Shown here: one piece after another, positions 34,935 to 44,757 of the stretch
Layout: each line of letters opens with the position of its first letter
Position numbering within the stretch: position 1 is the stretch's first letter
NCBI GenBank assembly: GCA_035652415.1
Contig: DASRDW010000014.1
Span: 1 to 49,724, forward strand
Source: Candidatus Angelobacter sp.
GTDB taxonomy: Bacteria > Acidobacteriota > Terriglobia > Terriglobales > Acidobacteriaceae
DNA length: 49,724 bases
Direction of reading: 5' to 3'
Notes under the pieces: generated by a model
What the model saw: only the letters and a program-made list of their open reading frames with translations
Database searches by the model: none
Told to the model about the DNA's origin: nothing
Made by a program: the position numbers and the translations under genes

Positions 34935-36611
34935 TTGATTCTCAATCTAGTGGTCATCTCTTTAGCAACTCTCTGTTGCTTGCTCGTTTACGCACAGACA
35001 GACGAATCTGCTACAGCTAAACAACTCTTTGAGCAGGAGCGCTGGCAGGAACTTGCACATCTGCTTGCGTCCACACCGCGCACATCCGCCGATCTAAATT
35101 ATTACTACGGCGTAGCCCTTGGCCATCTGGAGCGTTGGCAGGAAGCCGAAAATGCTCTGCAGGCAGGCGCCAAACTGGTCCCACGCGATAAACGATTTCC
35201 TATCGAGCTGGCAGGAGTGGCTTTTAAACAGAGTCATTTCAGTCAAGCCACGCACGACTTGCACCGTGCGCTTCGCCTCGATCCGAAAGATTCTTATTCT
35301 AATGACTTTCTGGCCACAATTTACTTTCTTCAAGGAAATGTTGAAGCCGCGTTGAAGTATTGGAACCGGGTAGGCAAACCAAAGATAGCCAGCGTGCGCA
35401 ATGATCCGCCGTTGCACGTGCGTCCTGCATTGCTGGACCACGCCTTTGCTTTTGCGCCGGAAAGCGTTCTTACTCTCGATCAGTTTTTGGCCAGTCAAAA
35501 GCGAGTGGACATGCTGGAGATTTTTCCCAGCTATCGCGTTGAGCTTGATGCGCGGGGTGACGGCAATTTCGATACTGTTTTCCGCGCACGGGAGCTCAAC
35601 GGCTTCGGCAACACAAAGATCGAAGCTCTCGTGCGATTGTTTGGCGGCATTCTCTTTCAGGAGATTACGCCCGAGTTTTACAACGTGCATGGCTCAGCCG
35701 TGAATATTCGCACTTTCTTGCGTCTCGATGTGGACAAGCGTCGGGCTTATGCATGGTTTTCCTCGCCACTGGAAGGGAATCCAAAATGGCGGGTTCGCTT
35801 TGGCACAGACCTGCGAAATGAGAACTGGACGGTGCAGAGTTCCTTTGCCGGCCCAAGCATTTTTCTGGGAGCGCTGAATTTGCGTCGTGAATCAATTGCG
35901 GTAGAGATCAAGCGTCTAGTGGGCGCCCGCTGGAACTGGTCAACTGGAGTAGAAGTTTCGCATCGCGATTTTCGCAACGTAAATCCAGGCACGGCATTGA
36001 CAGCGCAATTATTGGCGCATGGCTACCAGATCAAAGAGACATCTGCGCTCAACTATGAGCTTTGGCGGTCGCCAGAACGGCGCGTTACCGTAACCGGCGG
36101 CGTCAACTCACAGACAGGACGCCTCTGGTCGGCACCGGGACAATCTTTTGAAAAACTTCAAGCATCGCTTGATGGTCGATGGTTTCCAAAGCCCGCCGGT
36201 GATGATTTAGAGACCATTGTGCGCCTGCGCGGTGGAAAAACATTTGGAGAACTTCCATTTGATGAACTCTTTATGCTTGCCGTGCAGGAGGACAACGATC
36301 TCTGGATGCACGGGCATGAAGGAACTCGCCACGGGCAAAAGGGCAGCGCGCCGCTGGGCCGTGATTACTCTCTCGCTAACTGGGAAACCGATAAAAATGT
36401 TTTTTCCAATGGCTATTTAACAGTGCGGCTGGGGCCTCTACTTGACGTTGGCAAGTCTTGGGACACGTCAGAGGCCTTGGGATCACATAAGTGGCTGTTC
36501 GATACCGGCGGTCAAGCCAAGCTGCGCGTTTTGGGCGTAGGCGTGGTGCTTTCCTACGGTAAGGACTTAAGATCTGGCAACAATGCATTTTTTGCAACCG
36601 TGAAACCCTAA
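34935..36611 (+). CDS. TPR + POTRA-like + beta-barrel outer-membrane protein (distantly Omp85/surface-antigen-like)
   Basis: TTG start with signal-like ILNLVVISLATLCCLLVYAQT. TPR-type repeats include YYYGVALGHLERWQEAENALQAG and FLATIYFLQGNVEAALKYWNRVGKP. A POTRA-like segment is LTLDQFLASQKRVDMLEIFPSYRVELDARGDGNFDTVFRARE. The C-terminal half has alternating-hydrophobic strands. The assignment is structural inference only. Confidence 0.5.
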   Translation: MILNLVVISLATLCCLLVYAQTDESATAKQLFEQERWQELAHLLASTPRTSADLNYYYGVALGHLERWQEAENALQAGAKLVPRDKRFPIELAGVAFKQSHFSQATHDLHRALRLDPKDSYSNDFLATIYFLQGNVEAALKYWNRVGKPKIASVRNDPPLHVRPALLDHAFAFAPESVLTLDQFLASQKRVDMLEIFPSYRVELDARGDGNFDTVFRARELNGFGNTKIEALVRLFGGILFQEITPEFYNVHGSAVNIRTFLRLDVDKRRAYAWFSSPLEGNPKWRVRFGTDLRNENWTVQSSFAGPSIFLGALNLRRESIAVEIKRLVGARWNWSTGVEVSHRDFRNVNPGTALTAQLLAHGYQIKETSALNYELWRSPERRVTVTGGVNSQTGRLWSAPGQSFEKLQASLDGRWFPKPAGDDLETIVRLRGGKTFGELPFDELFMLAVQEDNDLWMHGHEGTRHGQKGSAPLGRDYSLANWETDKNVFSNGYLTVRLGPLLDVGKSWDTSEALGSHKWLFDTGGQAKLRVLGVGVVLSYGKDLRSGNNAFFATVKP

Positions 36612-36659
36612 AATCGTCCCTTGCGGTTTCAAAGTGTAAGGCCCGCTAGAATACTTGAC

Positions 36660-37667
36660 ATGCGCTCTCTCATCATCGGCGGTACGCGAAATCTTGGCCC
36701 TGCGATAGTTCAGGCGTTGTTGCAACACGGACATGAAGTTGCCGTTTTCAATCGTGGTGTAACGCCCGATGACTTGCCGGAAGAGGTCGGGCGGCTGCGG
36801 GGTGACCGCACTGACCCCCAACAACTGAAGCGAGCTTTTGCCGGCAAAGATTTTGATTTTGTCCTCGATACCACGCTATATACAGGTGCAGAGGCTGAAG
36901 CTGTGGTTGAAATGGCCGCGGGCCGCATTGGCAGGTACATATTCCTGAGCACCGGGCAAGTTTATTTGGTGCGGATCGGCGCACAAAGACCATATAAAGA
37001 AGAAGATTACGCTGGGCCGATGATGCCGGAGCCGTCAAAATCAGACGAATCGGCGCATAGCAACTGGCTCTATGGTTTTGATAAGCGTGCTGCGGAAGAC
37101 GTTTTTTCTCGAGCCTGGGCCGAAAAGAAATTTCCATTCACCAGCTTGCGCCTCCCCATGGTGAACAGTGAGCGAGATCACCATGATCGCATTTACGGAT
37201 ACTTTCTGCGCTTGCAGGATGGTGGCCCAATCGTGATACCTGAAGGCGACGGGCTGCCTGTCCGTCACGTCTATGGTGAAGATGTAGTACAGGCGATCAT
37301 GAAACTGGCCGGAAGCGATGTGGGCAAGGGAAGGGCCTACAACATTTGCCAGGATGAAACGCTCACGCTGGAGCAATTTCTGGCGATGCTGGCGGAGCTG
37401 ATGCATCGGCAGTTAAAAATTGTTCAAGTGCCGCGAGTGGAACTTGAACGTCAGGGTCTGCTGCCCGATTGTTCCCCGTTCAGTGGGAAATGGATGTCAT
37501 CGTTAGACAATGCCCGCAGCAAAGCAGAGTTGGGAATCACCTACACGCCGATGCGCGATTATCTGAAGAAGTTGGTCAGCTACTATCAAACTGCCTCTGC
37601 GCGTGAGATCGCGGGTTACATCCAGAGAGCAAAAGAGCTGGAACTGGCGCAGGGCAAGATAAGCTGA
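36660..37667 (+). CDS. NAD-dependent epimerase/dehydratase family protein
   Basis: The Rossmann N-terminus is MRSLIIGGTRNLGPAIVQALLQHGHEVAVFNRG. The length and layout are typical of the extended SDR family. Confidence 0.8.
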   Translation: MRSLIIGGTRNLGPAIVQALLQHGHEVAVFNRGVTPDDLPEEVGRLRGDRTDPQQLKRAFAGKDFDFVLDTTLYTGAEAEAVVEMAAGRIGRYIFLSTGQVYLVRIGAQRPYKEEDYAGPMMPEPSKSDESAHSNWLYGFDKRAAEDVFSRAWAEKKFPFTSLRLPMVNSERDHHDRIYGYFLRLQDGGPIVIPEGDGLPVRHVYGEDVVQAIMKLAGSDVGKGRAYNICQDETLTLEQFLAMLAELMHRQLKIVQVPRVELERQGLLPDCSPFSGKWMSSLDNARSKAELGITYTPMRDYLKKLVSYYQTASAREIAGYIQRAKELELAQGKIS

Positions 37668-37877
37668 ACAGCTTTTCCAGCCAGCTACTACCAACATCGT
37701 AATTCGTCACGCCCGGAAATTCCATTGAGTGCATTCTGCCCAATTGTTCTTACCACTAGATAACAGAACTTTACCGAGTTGGAGAGTGTTTTGGCTGCGA
37801 GATGTGTTTGTTTCCAGTAACAGAAGACATTTGAACGTTAACGCCAGGATGAGGAGAGGGTCTTAACCGGAGGGAAT

Positions 37878-38420
37878 ATGAAGCACATGCGAGCAATGCT
37901 GATAGGAGCAGCGTTACTTACTGGGACGGCAACATTTGGAGCTGCGCAGGCGGTTGTGCCGATACAGTGGGGACATCAACGGGATTACGATGATCGGCAG
38001 GCATTCAGAGACGGCTACAACCAGGGGCAATGGGATGCACAGCACAACCGGCGCTTTGATTCAGACAGCAATCGCTGGCGTGAGTATGACGACCGGCAAG
38101 CTTACCGCTCCGGCTATGAACGTGGATTCCGTGAATTCGATGGACGTGGCGTTGTAGGGCGTGGTTCTTATGGCGGTTACGGTGGCTACGGCTTGAATGC
38201 GGCGCGGCAGAACGGCTATCAGGACGGGATCAATGATGGTGCATATGACCGGCGTACAGGCCACAGCTTCCGCCCGAACCACAACAGCAACTACAAACAT
38301 GGCGACCGTGGATATATCCCGAATTACGGCAACAAGGATTATTACAAGCAAGCATATCGGGAAGCGTATTCAAACGGCTATCAACAGGGTTACAACTCAA
38401 ACGTTTACTATCGCCGGTAA
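37878..38420 (+). CDS. Secreted Tyr/Gly/Arg/Asp/Asn-rich repeat protein
   Basis: The signal is MKHMRAMLIGAALLTGTATFGAAQA. Repeats are DDRQAFRDGYNQG, DDRQAYRSGYERG, ARQNGYQDGINDG and YKQAYREAYSNGYQQGY. Confidence 0.6.
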   Translation: MKHMRAMLIGAALLTGTATFGAAQAVVPIQWGHQRDYDDRQAFRDGYNQGQWDAQHNRRFDSDSNRWREYDDRQAYRSGYERGFREFDGRGVVGRGSYGGYGGYGLNAARQNGYQDGINDGAYDRRTGHSFRPNHNSNYKHGDRGYIPNYGNKDYYKQAYREAYSNGYQQGYNSNVYYRR

Positions 38421-38482
38421 GTCTGTCATTTACACGCACAGGCAGGGTGTGTGAATGGCACTCGATAGAGACGGCGCAAATA

Positions 38483-38513
38483 AAGCCATGCGACAAACCG
38501 CATGGCTTTTTTG
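38483..38513 (+). terminator. Rho-independent terminator
   Basis: AAGCCATGCG-acaaac-CGCATGGCTT is followed by TTTTG, downstream of the 38420 stop. Confidence 0.75.
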
Positions 38514-38600
38514 TTACAAAATCCTGACAAAGACTGCGCTTTTGAATAAGACTCTTTAGATCACCGGCGATAGAAATGGTTTGTGCGGCCTGACCGAGTC

Positions 38601-39476
38601 CTAGTCAGAAAGTTTTTCCAGTGAAACTGATCCTCTTTCTGTGCGCAGGCGCAGTTTTGTTCCGCCCTGGTTAACCGTCCCGCGAACACTGTGATCAACG
38701 CTGCCAGATTGCATATTCAAAGGAAAATCGCTATGAAAATCTGAGCGGCGTCCGCCTTCATAGTCCACATCAAGCCCGGTATTCTGAGGCACGCGCAGCA
38801 CGATTGTGCCTCTTTCGTTCTCCAGGGTTGCTGTTTCGCCCAAGACCCTGGCATTGACTTCTGCATCTGCCTTGTAAGACTTGATCTCCAGCGGGCCATG
38901 CAGCGTGACGTTGTTCAGCTTTACCGTGTCTTTATAAGTGTCAACATGGATAGAGCCAGTGGTGGAATCAATGGTGATTGGGGATTTATAGCTTTTAATG
39001 CGGATATCGCCCTGAACGGAAGCTACCTTGATATCGGGCTTATAGCTCTCCAGCGTTACGTTAATCTGGCGCGGCACGCGGATTTCCAACTCAACCGCAG
39101 CGGTATAGTCATGACCTGGCCAACAGAAGACGCAATTCTGTTGCGGGTATTTCACTTCAAGCGCAACTTGATTACTGTCATTGTGGAAATTGGTTTGTAC
39201 GTTTTCCATCCACCATTTGCGGTCAGCATCATTGCCTTCAAACCGCTTGATTACGTCAACCACTACCTGATTACTGTCTGAACCCGTGACGTGGATGGTG
39301 CCTTTGTAATTGTTAACCTGAAGTGTTCCGCCGGAAGCAATGTTGAAGGTGCGTTGAAAACTTTCAGGCTGTTGGTTTGAACCGGAAGATTGGCTCTTGA
39401 GGCTAGGTGCGACCAGAGCGATCAGACCGGCGATTGCAATGAGCCATCCGGCCAGGCGTTGCGTTTGCTGATTCAT
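38601..39476 (-). CDS. DUF4097-like beta-strand repeat protein (putative adhesin fold) with an N-terminal anchor or signal
   Basis: The N-terminus is MNQQTQRLAGWLIAIAGLIALVAPS. There are repeated short segments of the G.I.V....G.V.V type (GGTLQVNNYKGTIHVTGSD, QGDIRIKSYKSPITIDSTTGSIHVDTYKDTVKL). Confidence 0.65.
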   Translation of the reverse strand: MNQQTQRLAGWLIAIAGLIALVAPSLKSQSSGSNQQPESFQRTFNIASGGTLQVNNYKGTIHVTGSDSNQVVVDVIKRFEGNDADRKWWMENVQTNFHNDSNQVALEVKYPQQNCVFCWPGHDYTAAVELEIRVPRQINVTLESYKPDIKVASVQGDIRIKSYKSPITIDSTTGSIHVDTYKDTVKLNNVTLHGPLEIKSYKADAEVNARVLGETATLENERGTIVLRVPQNTGLDVDYEGGRRSDFHSDFPLNMQSGSVDHSVRGTVNQGGTKLRLRTERGSVSLEKLSD

Positions 39477-39676
39477 ATCGGCTCCTCCATGCGAAAGGCA
39501 ATTGCACCGGGACGCAAAAATGCGTTTTCCTGCCTGTATATACGGAATGACTGGCGATCAGGTTCCCGCGGTTTTCAAAAAAGACGTGCAGAAAAGCAAC
39601 GTTATAGCCCGATGGGATCAGTTGCAGGTGGCTGTTGCTGTTCAGCCCTGGATGTAAAGTTTCCAAAGCGAAACCA

Positions 39677-39698
39677 GGACGCTCTAAGATGAGCGTCC
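39677..39698 (-). terminator. Probable intrinsic terminator after the dienelactone hydrolase gene
   Basis: The inverted repeat is GGACGCTC-taagat-GAGCGTCC. On the minus strand it is followed by TGGTTTCGCTTTGG. Confidence 0.45.
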
Positions 39699-39708
39699 CG
39701 GCAGGAGT

Positions 39709-40554
39709 TTACATTTTCTTCAAAAGTGTAAGCCAACGGGCCCAGGCTTCAGTCCGGGCTTTTTTGTTCGCGACAGCCATATCGTGCTTCTTGGGATCGC
39801 TGCTAGTATCGTTGATTGCTGCTTCAGTAGCAGGGTTTTCTCCGGCCCGCATAAAGCCGTGGCCTGCGCCCTGGTAGGTGACCGGATCATATTTTTTATG
39901 CGCGGCTTGCATGGCAGCTTTGGTGTCGGGGATTGTTGCTCCGATTCTGGAATCTTCGCCAGCATAAAAACCATAAACAGGTGCAGTGATGGAGGAAACG
40001 TCCTCAGGTCCCTGGCCATAGAAGACAAAAGCCGCTTTCAGGTCTTTGCGGTTCGTCGCAAAACGGAAGGACTGCGTGCCGCCCCAACAGAATCCTGCAA
40101 CGGCGATCTTGCCATTGCCGGCAGGAATGGTTTTGGCATAATCCGCGGCGGCGTTCAGATCAGCAGTCACCTGGTCTGGATCGAGGGCTGAAACCGCTTT
40201 CACGGCATCCTGAGTGCTGGCAAATTCGCTGGAACCACCACCCTTTGGCCCCATCCCAGAAAGAAGATCGGGAGCAACGGCGATGTAGCCTTTGGCGGCA
40301 AGCTGGTCAGCCATGCTGCGTGCCCAGTCCGTTAGCCCAAAAATTTCATGAATCACGATGATTACCGGAGCTTTATGTTTGACCTCTGGATAAACAACAA
40401 AAGCCTGCACCGTGCGATTGCCATGCTTGAGGGGCACCCACTCGCTGTGGCGCGGTGACTTTTCCAAATTCTGTTTTGCCCACTCCTGCGAAAATCCGAA
40501 AGAGAGGCAGAATAACAACACCAGTGCGATTGCGAAGGTTCTTCTCATGCGCAA
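39709..40554 (-). CDS. Dienelactone hydrolase family protein (secreted)
   Basis: Signal peptide present. Motifs are PVIIVIHEIFGLTDW, the nucleophile motif VAGFCWGG, and the C-terminal GAGHGF. Confidence 0.85.
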   Translation of the reverse strand: MRMRRTFAIALVLLFCLSFGFSQEWAKQNLEKSPRHSEWVPLKHGNRTVQAFVVYPEVKHKAPVIIVIHEIFGLTDWARSMADQLAAKGYIAVAPDLLSGMGPKGGGSSEFASTQDAVKAVSALDPDQVTADLNAAADYAKTIPAGNGKIAVAGFCWGGTQSFRFATNRKDLKAAFVFYGQGPEDVSSITAPVYGFYAGEDSRIGATIPDTKAAMQAAHKKYDPVTYQGAGHGFMRAGENPATEAAINDTSSDPKKHDMAVANKKARTEAWARWLTLLKKM

Positions 40555-40773
40555 AAGTTTACTCCGCCAATAGATGTGTCGCCAAATCCTTTTACAAAAC
40601 TTCTTATTGTCGAAAATGGAAATACAGACCAGCTATCTCATTACCAGTCCTTTTATGCTGGTTACTTCTACTTGACGGCTCCTATTGCATCCTCGAAAAT
40701 CAGTTGCATCTGACTGCCCGGCAACGTGGGCCAAATTAATGAGTACGCGAAAAAAGTCTGGAGGAAGATTTAT

Positions 40774-43296
40774 ATGGGCACTCTATTGCAGGACTTGCGT
40801 TACAGCATTCGCGTACTGCGCAGAAGTCCGGGCTTCAGCCTGATTGCAATCTTTACCCTTGCTTTAGGAATCAGCGCAACCACAGCAATTTTCAGCGTTG
40901 TTTACGGCGTGCTTCTGCGGCCGCTGCCCTATGACCATCCAGATCAACTGGTTCAGGTGTGGGAAAAGACCAGCAAAGGTGAGCAGATATCTCTGGCCGA
41001 TGGAAACTTCCAGGACCTCCGGGCGCAAAACCGTTCCTTGCAGGGACTCGCTGAATTTAGCTCCTGGCAGGAATCAGTAGCAGGCGGATCGGAACCAAAA
41101 CGGCTGATGGTGGCGAGGGTCTCCAATGACTTCTTTCCGATTCTACGAATCAAGCCGGTAATTGGCAGACTGTTTGCTCCGGAAGAGCAGAAGACGGGCG
41201 CAGGCCCGGCAGTTCTCATCAGTTATAGCTATTGGAGACAATTCCTGAACAGCACACAGGATCTTTCCGCAATAAAATTACGCGTCGGAAACCAGTCAGC
41301 GTCAGTCATTGGTGTACTGCCCCCTGGTTTCAGATTTCCTGAGGATTCTGATGTATGGATTCCTCGAGAGCTGGAAGCGCCTCTGCCTTCACGCACTGCC
41401 CACAACTGGAAAGGAATAGCCCGATTGCGTGATAGCGTCACCCGGGAACAGGCGACGCAGGATCTTTCCTCCATTGCCTCTGTAATTAAAAAACAATATG
41501 GCGATGAAGTGGACATGTCCGCCGTTACTCTGATGTCTCTGCAAGACTCTCTCAGCAGTACAGTACGGCCTTCCTTGATGATCCTTCTTGGGGCTGTAGC
41601 GTTTCTTTTATTGGTAGCTTGTGCCAATGTCATGAATCTTCTGCTGGCGCAGGCTGCGGCGCGTGAATCAGAGCTTGCGATCCGGAGCGCACTGGGAGCG
41701 TCGCGCAGCCGAATGTTGCGGCAATTTATCGCCGAGACCCTGCTGCTTTCACTGAGTGGCGGGGTTGTGGGAGTGGTTCTTGCATATTGGGGCGTGCAGT
41801 GGCTGCTGAGACTGGCGCCTTCTGATATCCCGGGGCTATCCGCGGTCTCAGTAAACCTGCCGGTTTTGTTTTTTGCGCTCGGACTCTGCATTGCTGTCGC
41901 TTTGGCGCTCGGGGTATTCACCGCGCTGCGCTCCGGCTCGGAAGATCTGCGCACGACGCTGGCGGAAGGCGGGAGGGGGAGCGCCGGCAGCTTCAGGACC
42001 CAATTCATTGGCCGTTGCATTGTGGCACTGCAACTTGCCACCACCATGACGCTCTTGATCGGCGCGGGACTCCTTGGCCGCAGCCTGATGCATGTGCTCT
42101 CGGTGGATCCCGGGTTCCGTACAGATCATATTGTCACCATGGATTTGGCTCTTCCATCCGTGGATTCAACGCTGCAGAAGCAGCAACGCGTTAATTTCCT
42201 GAATCAGCTTTTTGCACGTACGCGCGAGTTACCCGGCGTCTCTGAGGTGGGCGGCACCAACTCGCTGCCGTTGGGAACTGGAGTTTCCGGCGATGGCGGA
42301 TTTGCCGAGGTTAATCCACAGCAAATCTCGCCGCATACTCAGGAACTCATCAATCGCGCTTCACAAGAGAACATTTCCGATGACAGCTCTCTAGCCAAAG
42401 AACTCTCCGATTTTTTTACGCAGCTCTTCCGCGATCCCCGCCAAGCCGGATATGCAGACTATATTTGCGCCAGTGAAGGATATTTTCACACCATGGGAAT
42501 ACCTCTGGTTCGCGGCCGCCTGTTTGATGATCGAGATTCTCCCGATGCTCCTCATGTCGCTGTCATCAGTGAATCGCTGGCGCGGAAAAAATGGCCAGGC
42601 CAGGACCCGCTTGGGCGCATGATCGAATTCGGCAATATGGATGGTGATCTGCGCCTCATGACCATTGTTGGCGTGGTTGGAGATGTCCGTGAGGAAAGCC
42701 TGGAAAAGCCGCCGCAGCCGACCATCTACGTCAACTATCGCCAGCGGCCACAACGCACCGGCAGTTTTAGCATGGTGGTGCGCACCACAGCAGATCCAGC
42801 AGCGGTGATCTCCTCCGTACGCAAGATCGTGCGCAAACTTGATCCAAACGTGCCGCCCAGCACCAATAGCTTTTCAACCATATTAATAGCCTCAACAAAA
42901 CAACGCCGGTTCAATCTGATACTGCTGATTATCTTTGCTGGAACAGCCCTTCTGTTGGCTGGCGCAGGAATTTACGGGGTGCTCTCCTACGCGGTGGCGC
43001 GACGTACGCGCGAGATGGGCGTGCGCATGGCCCTGGGAGCAAGCGGAGGAAACGTGCTGCGGCTGGTGCTGCGCCAGGCGATGACTACTGCGATTATCGG
43101 CGTGGTCTTGGGTCTGATCGGCGCATTTATTCTCATGCGCTTCATTCAATCAATGCTGTTTGAAGTGGGTACTACCGATCCCTTGACCTTTGCTGGAGTA
43201 GCATTGCTGCTGCTTGCAATAGGACTGATGGCATCCTATCTGCCTGCCCGCCGTGCCACACGCGTTGATCCGATTGTGGCGCTGAGATATGAGTAA
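40774..43296 (+). CDS. ADOP-family duplicated orphan permease (MacB/FtsX-like, two FtsX modules)
   Basis: The ATG at 40774 follows GGAGGA. The hallmark N-terminus is [53 protein letters not shown]. There are two MacB-periplasmic + FtsX halves. The end is ...[15 protein letters not shown]. No ATPase gene is adjacent. Confidence 0.85.
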   Translation: MGTLLQDLRYSIRVLRRSPGFSLIAIFTLALGISATTAIFSVVYGVLLRPLPYDHPDQLVQVWEKTSKGEQISLADGNFQDLRAQNRSLQGLAEFSSWQESVAGGSEPKRLMVARVSNDFFPILRIKPVIGRLFAPEEQKTGAGPAVLISYSYWRQFLNSTQDLSAIKLRVGNQSASVIGVLPPGFRFPEDSDVWIPRELEAPLPSRTAHNWKGIARLRDSVTREQATQDLSSIASVIKKQYGDEVDMSAVTLMSLQDSLSSTVRPSLMILLGAVAFLLLVACANVMNLLLAQAAARESELAIRSALGASRSRMLRQFIAETLLLSLSGGVVGVVLAYWGVQWLLRLAPSDIPGLSAVSVNLPVLFFALGLCIAVALALGVFTALRSGSEDLRTTLAEGGRGSAGSFRTQFIGRCIVALQLATTMTLLIGAGLLGRSLMHVLSVDPGFRTDHIVTMDLALPSVDSTLQKQQRVNFLNQLFARTRELPGVSEVGGTNSLPLGTGVSGDGGFAEVNPQQISPHTQELINRASQENISDDSSLAKELSDFFTQLFRDPRQAGYADYICASEGYFHTMGIPLVRGRLFDDRDSPDAPHVAVISESLARKKWPGQDPLGRMIEFGNMDGDLRLMTIVGVVGDVREESLEKPPQPTIYVNYRQRPQRTGSFSMVVRTTADPAAVISSVRKIVRKLDPNVPPSTNSFSTILIASTKQRRFNLILLIIFAGTALLLAGAGIYGVLSYAVARRTREMGVRMALGASGGNVLRLVLRQAMTTAIIGVVLGLIGAFILMRFIQSMLFEVGTTDPLTFAGVALLLLAIGLMASYLPARRATRVDPIVALRYE

Positions 43297-43669
43297 GAAA
43301 ATTCGCGGTGTAAAGCGGAACCTGCTATGAGGTTTTTATCTCGCTCGGCGAGTTAGTCCGCACTTCTACCGACTCACAGCAAGAGCTCTATGGACACGCC
43401 AACATAGATGCTATCAGGATGATTATTCGGCGAAAGCAATAGCGAAATCCGGCGATGATCTGAAACCAATCTAATGATGACATGACAGCACCTCGTGCGA
43501 CTTTTGCGCTACAAGGAGAGCGTAAGAGAGCAGGGGGATGGCCATCAAATGGCAAGGAACGGCAAAGGAGAATTGCCGCGAAATGTCGTTGCTGCTCGCA
43601 ACAGCGCGAGCAGCAAATTTAATAAAGAAGGCATTTTGGAGATCGAGATCCGCCGGTTATCACAGCCGA

Positions 43670-44102
43670 TCATTTTGGCTGGGTCATGCTGAACCAGTTG
43701 CCAAATGGGTCTTTGAAGACTGCTTCTACGCCATAAAACTGTTCTTTGGGCGGCGATACAAACTCAACGCCCTTGGCCTTCATCTCTTCATAGGTCTTGC
43801 GGCAATCAGCAGTTTGGAAGACTCCTGCGCCGAATGCGCCTTTCTTCATCAGTTCACGGATAGTATCCACATCTTTAGTCTGGATTCTCTGCACGCCAGC
43901 GCCGTCAAATGGTGAAAGGCGCAACTTTCATCAAAATGATTTCCAGGTCAGGCTGGCCTTTCGGCGAGACCGTAAGCCAGCGAAAGCCGTTGGGCATTGA
44001 TTCGTCCATCTTTACTTCAAAGCCCAGCTTGTTAACGTAAAAATCTTTGGCTACGTCCTGGTCGATCACAAAAATCGCAGAATGTGACATGCGTTGGATC
44101 AT
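43670..44102 (-). pseudogene. VOC (glyoxalase/bleomycin-resistance) family gene interrupted by a frameshift
   Basis: Two overlapping ORFs (43905-44123 and 43670-43924) together give one VOC protein. The parts are MIQRMSHSAIFVIDQDVAKDFYVNKLGFEV...DLEIILMKVAPF and DVDTIRELMKKGAFGAGVFQTADCRKTYEEMKAKGVEFVSPPKEQFYGVEAVFKDPFGNWFSMTQ. Confidence 0.6.
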
Positions 44103-44189
44103 AGAAATCTCCTTCAGCAACACGTTAGCTGGTCAGAGGGATGTTAGCTGACGAAAGCAAAACTATGCTTCTTAGTTCTTGCTTTTCTT

Positions 44190-44632
44190 TTAGACTGCTC
44201 CGCCATACGCGGAAAAATAACAGACGGGAACCAGAATAATATTCCACGGTTTTTGGAAACCAAAAACGCGGCGCACTTCGCGCTGGTACTCGCTGGGCGC
44301 GCGCCCAACCAGAGATTGAAACTTTGTAGAAAAAGATCCCAGGCTGGAGTATCCACGTCAAAACAGACCTCGGTCACGGTCATTTCACCTGAAGCCAGCA
44401 GACGGCGTGCGCGGTCCATGCGCTGGCCTGTAAGAAAGTCATGCGGTGTTTCTCCAAAGGTCGCACGAAACAGGCGATGGAAATGGAATGGCGAAAGACA
44501 GGCTACACAGGCTGCCTGGTGAAGCGAGACTGGAGATTGGTATTCCGCAGCCAGAAGATCGCGTGCCCGGCAGAGACGGCGAAAAGTGTCATCATGCAGC
44601 AGTCGCGGAGCTGGATTCTGGCGAGGCATCAA
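44190..44632 (-). pseudogene. AraC-family HTH regulator with a 1-nt deletion frameshift in the second HTH
   Basis: The ORF frame reads ...LLASGEMTVTEVCFDV and then nonsense. Shifting one base at about 44353-44355 (GTGGA where GTGGGA is expected) restores GYSSLGSFSTKFQSLVGRAPSEYQREVRRVFG..., the canonical AraC C-terminus, ending at TAA 44190-44192. Confidence 0.65.
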
Positions 44633-44757
44633 AGCATTTTAAGCGTAGAGTGGGAGCATTTGGCAACTTGCTGCCATCTAAAATAATCTTCAAAAAATAT
44701 TCCGCGTGATGAAACTGAATCTGTCACGGTTGGGCGGCTTTCATTTAATATTCCATC

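Noticed and set aside
41229-42047. 272-aa minus-strand ORF inside the ADOP permease gene, together with similar long antisense ORFs at 4123-4674, 14376-15047, 16030-16689, 20175-20822, 22709-23242, 24006-24680 and 28802-29335
   Set aside because: All lie antisense or out of frame within long genes that have recognisable domains. Their composition (Arg/Ser/Ala/Cys-rich) is typical of GC-rich shadow frames.
43495-43915. Plus-strand ORFs of 65 and 125 aa downstream of the ADOP gene
   Set aside because: The 125-aa ORF is antisense to the VOC-family gene. Neither has an RBS or recognisable motifs.
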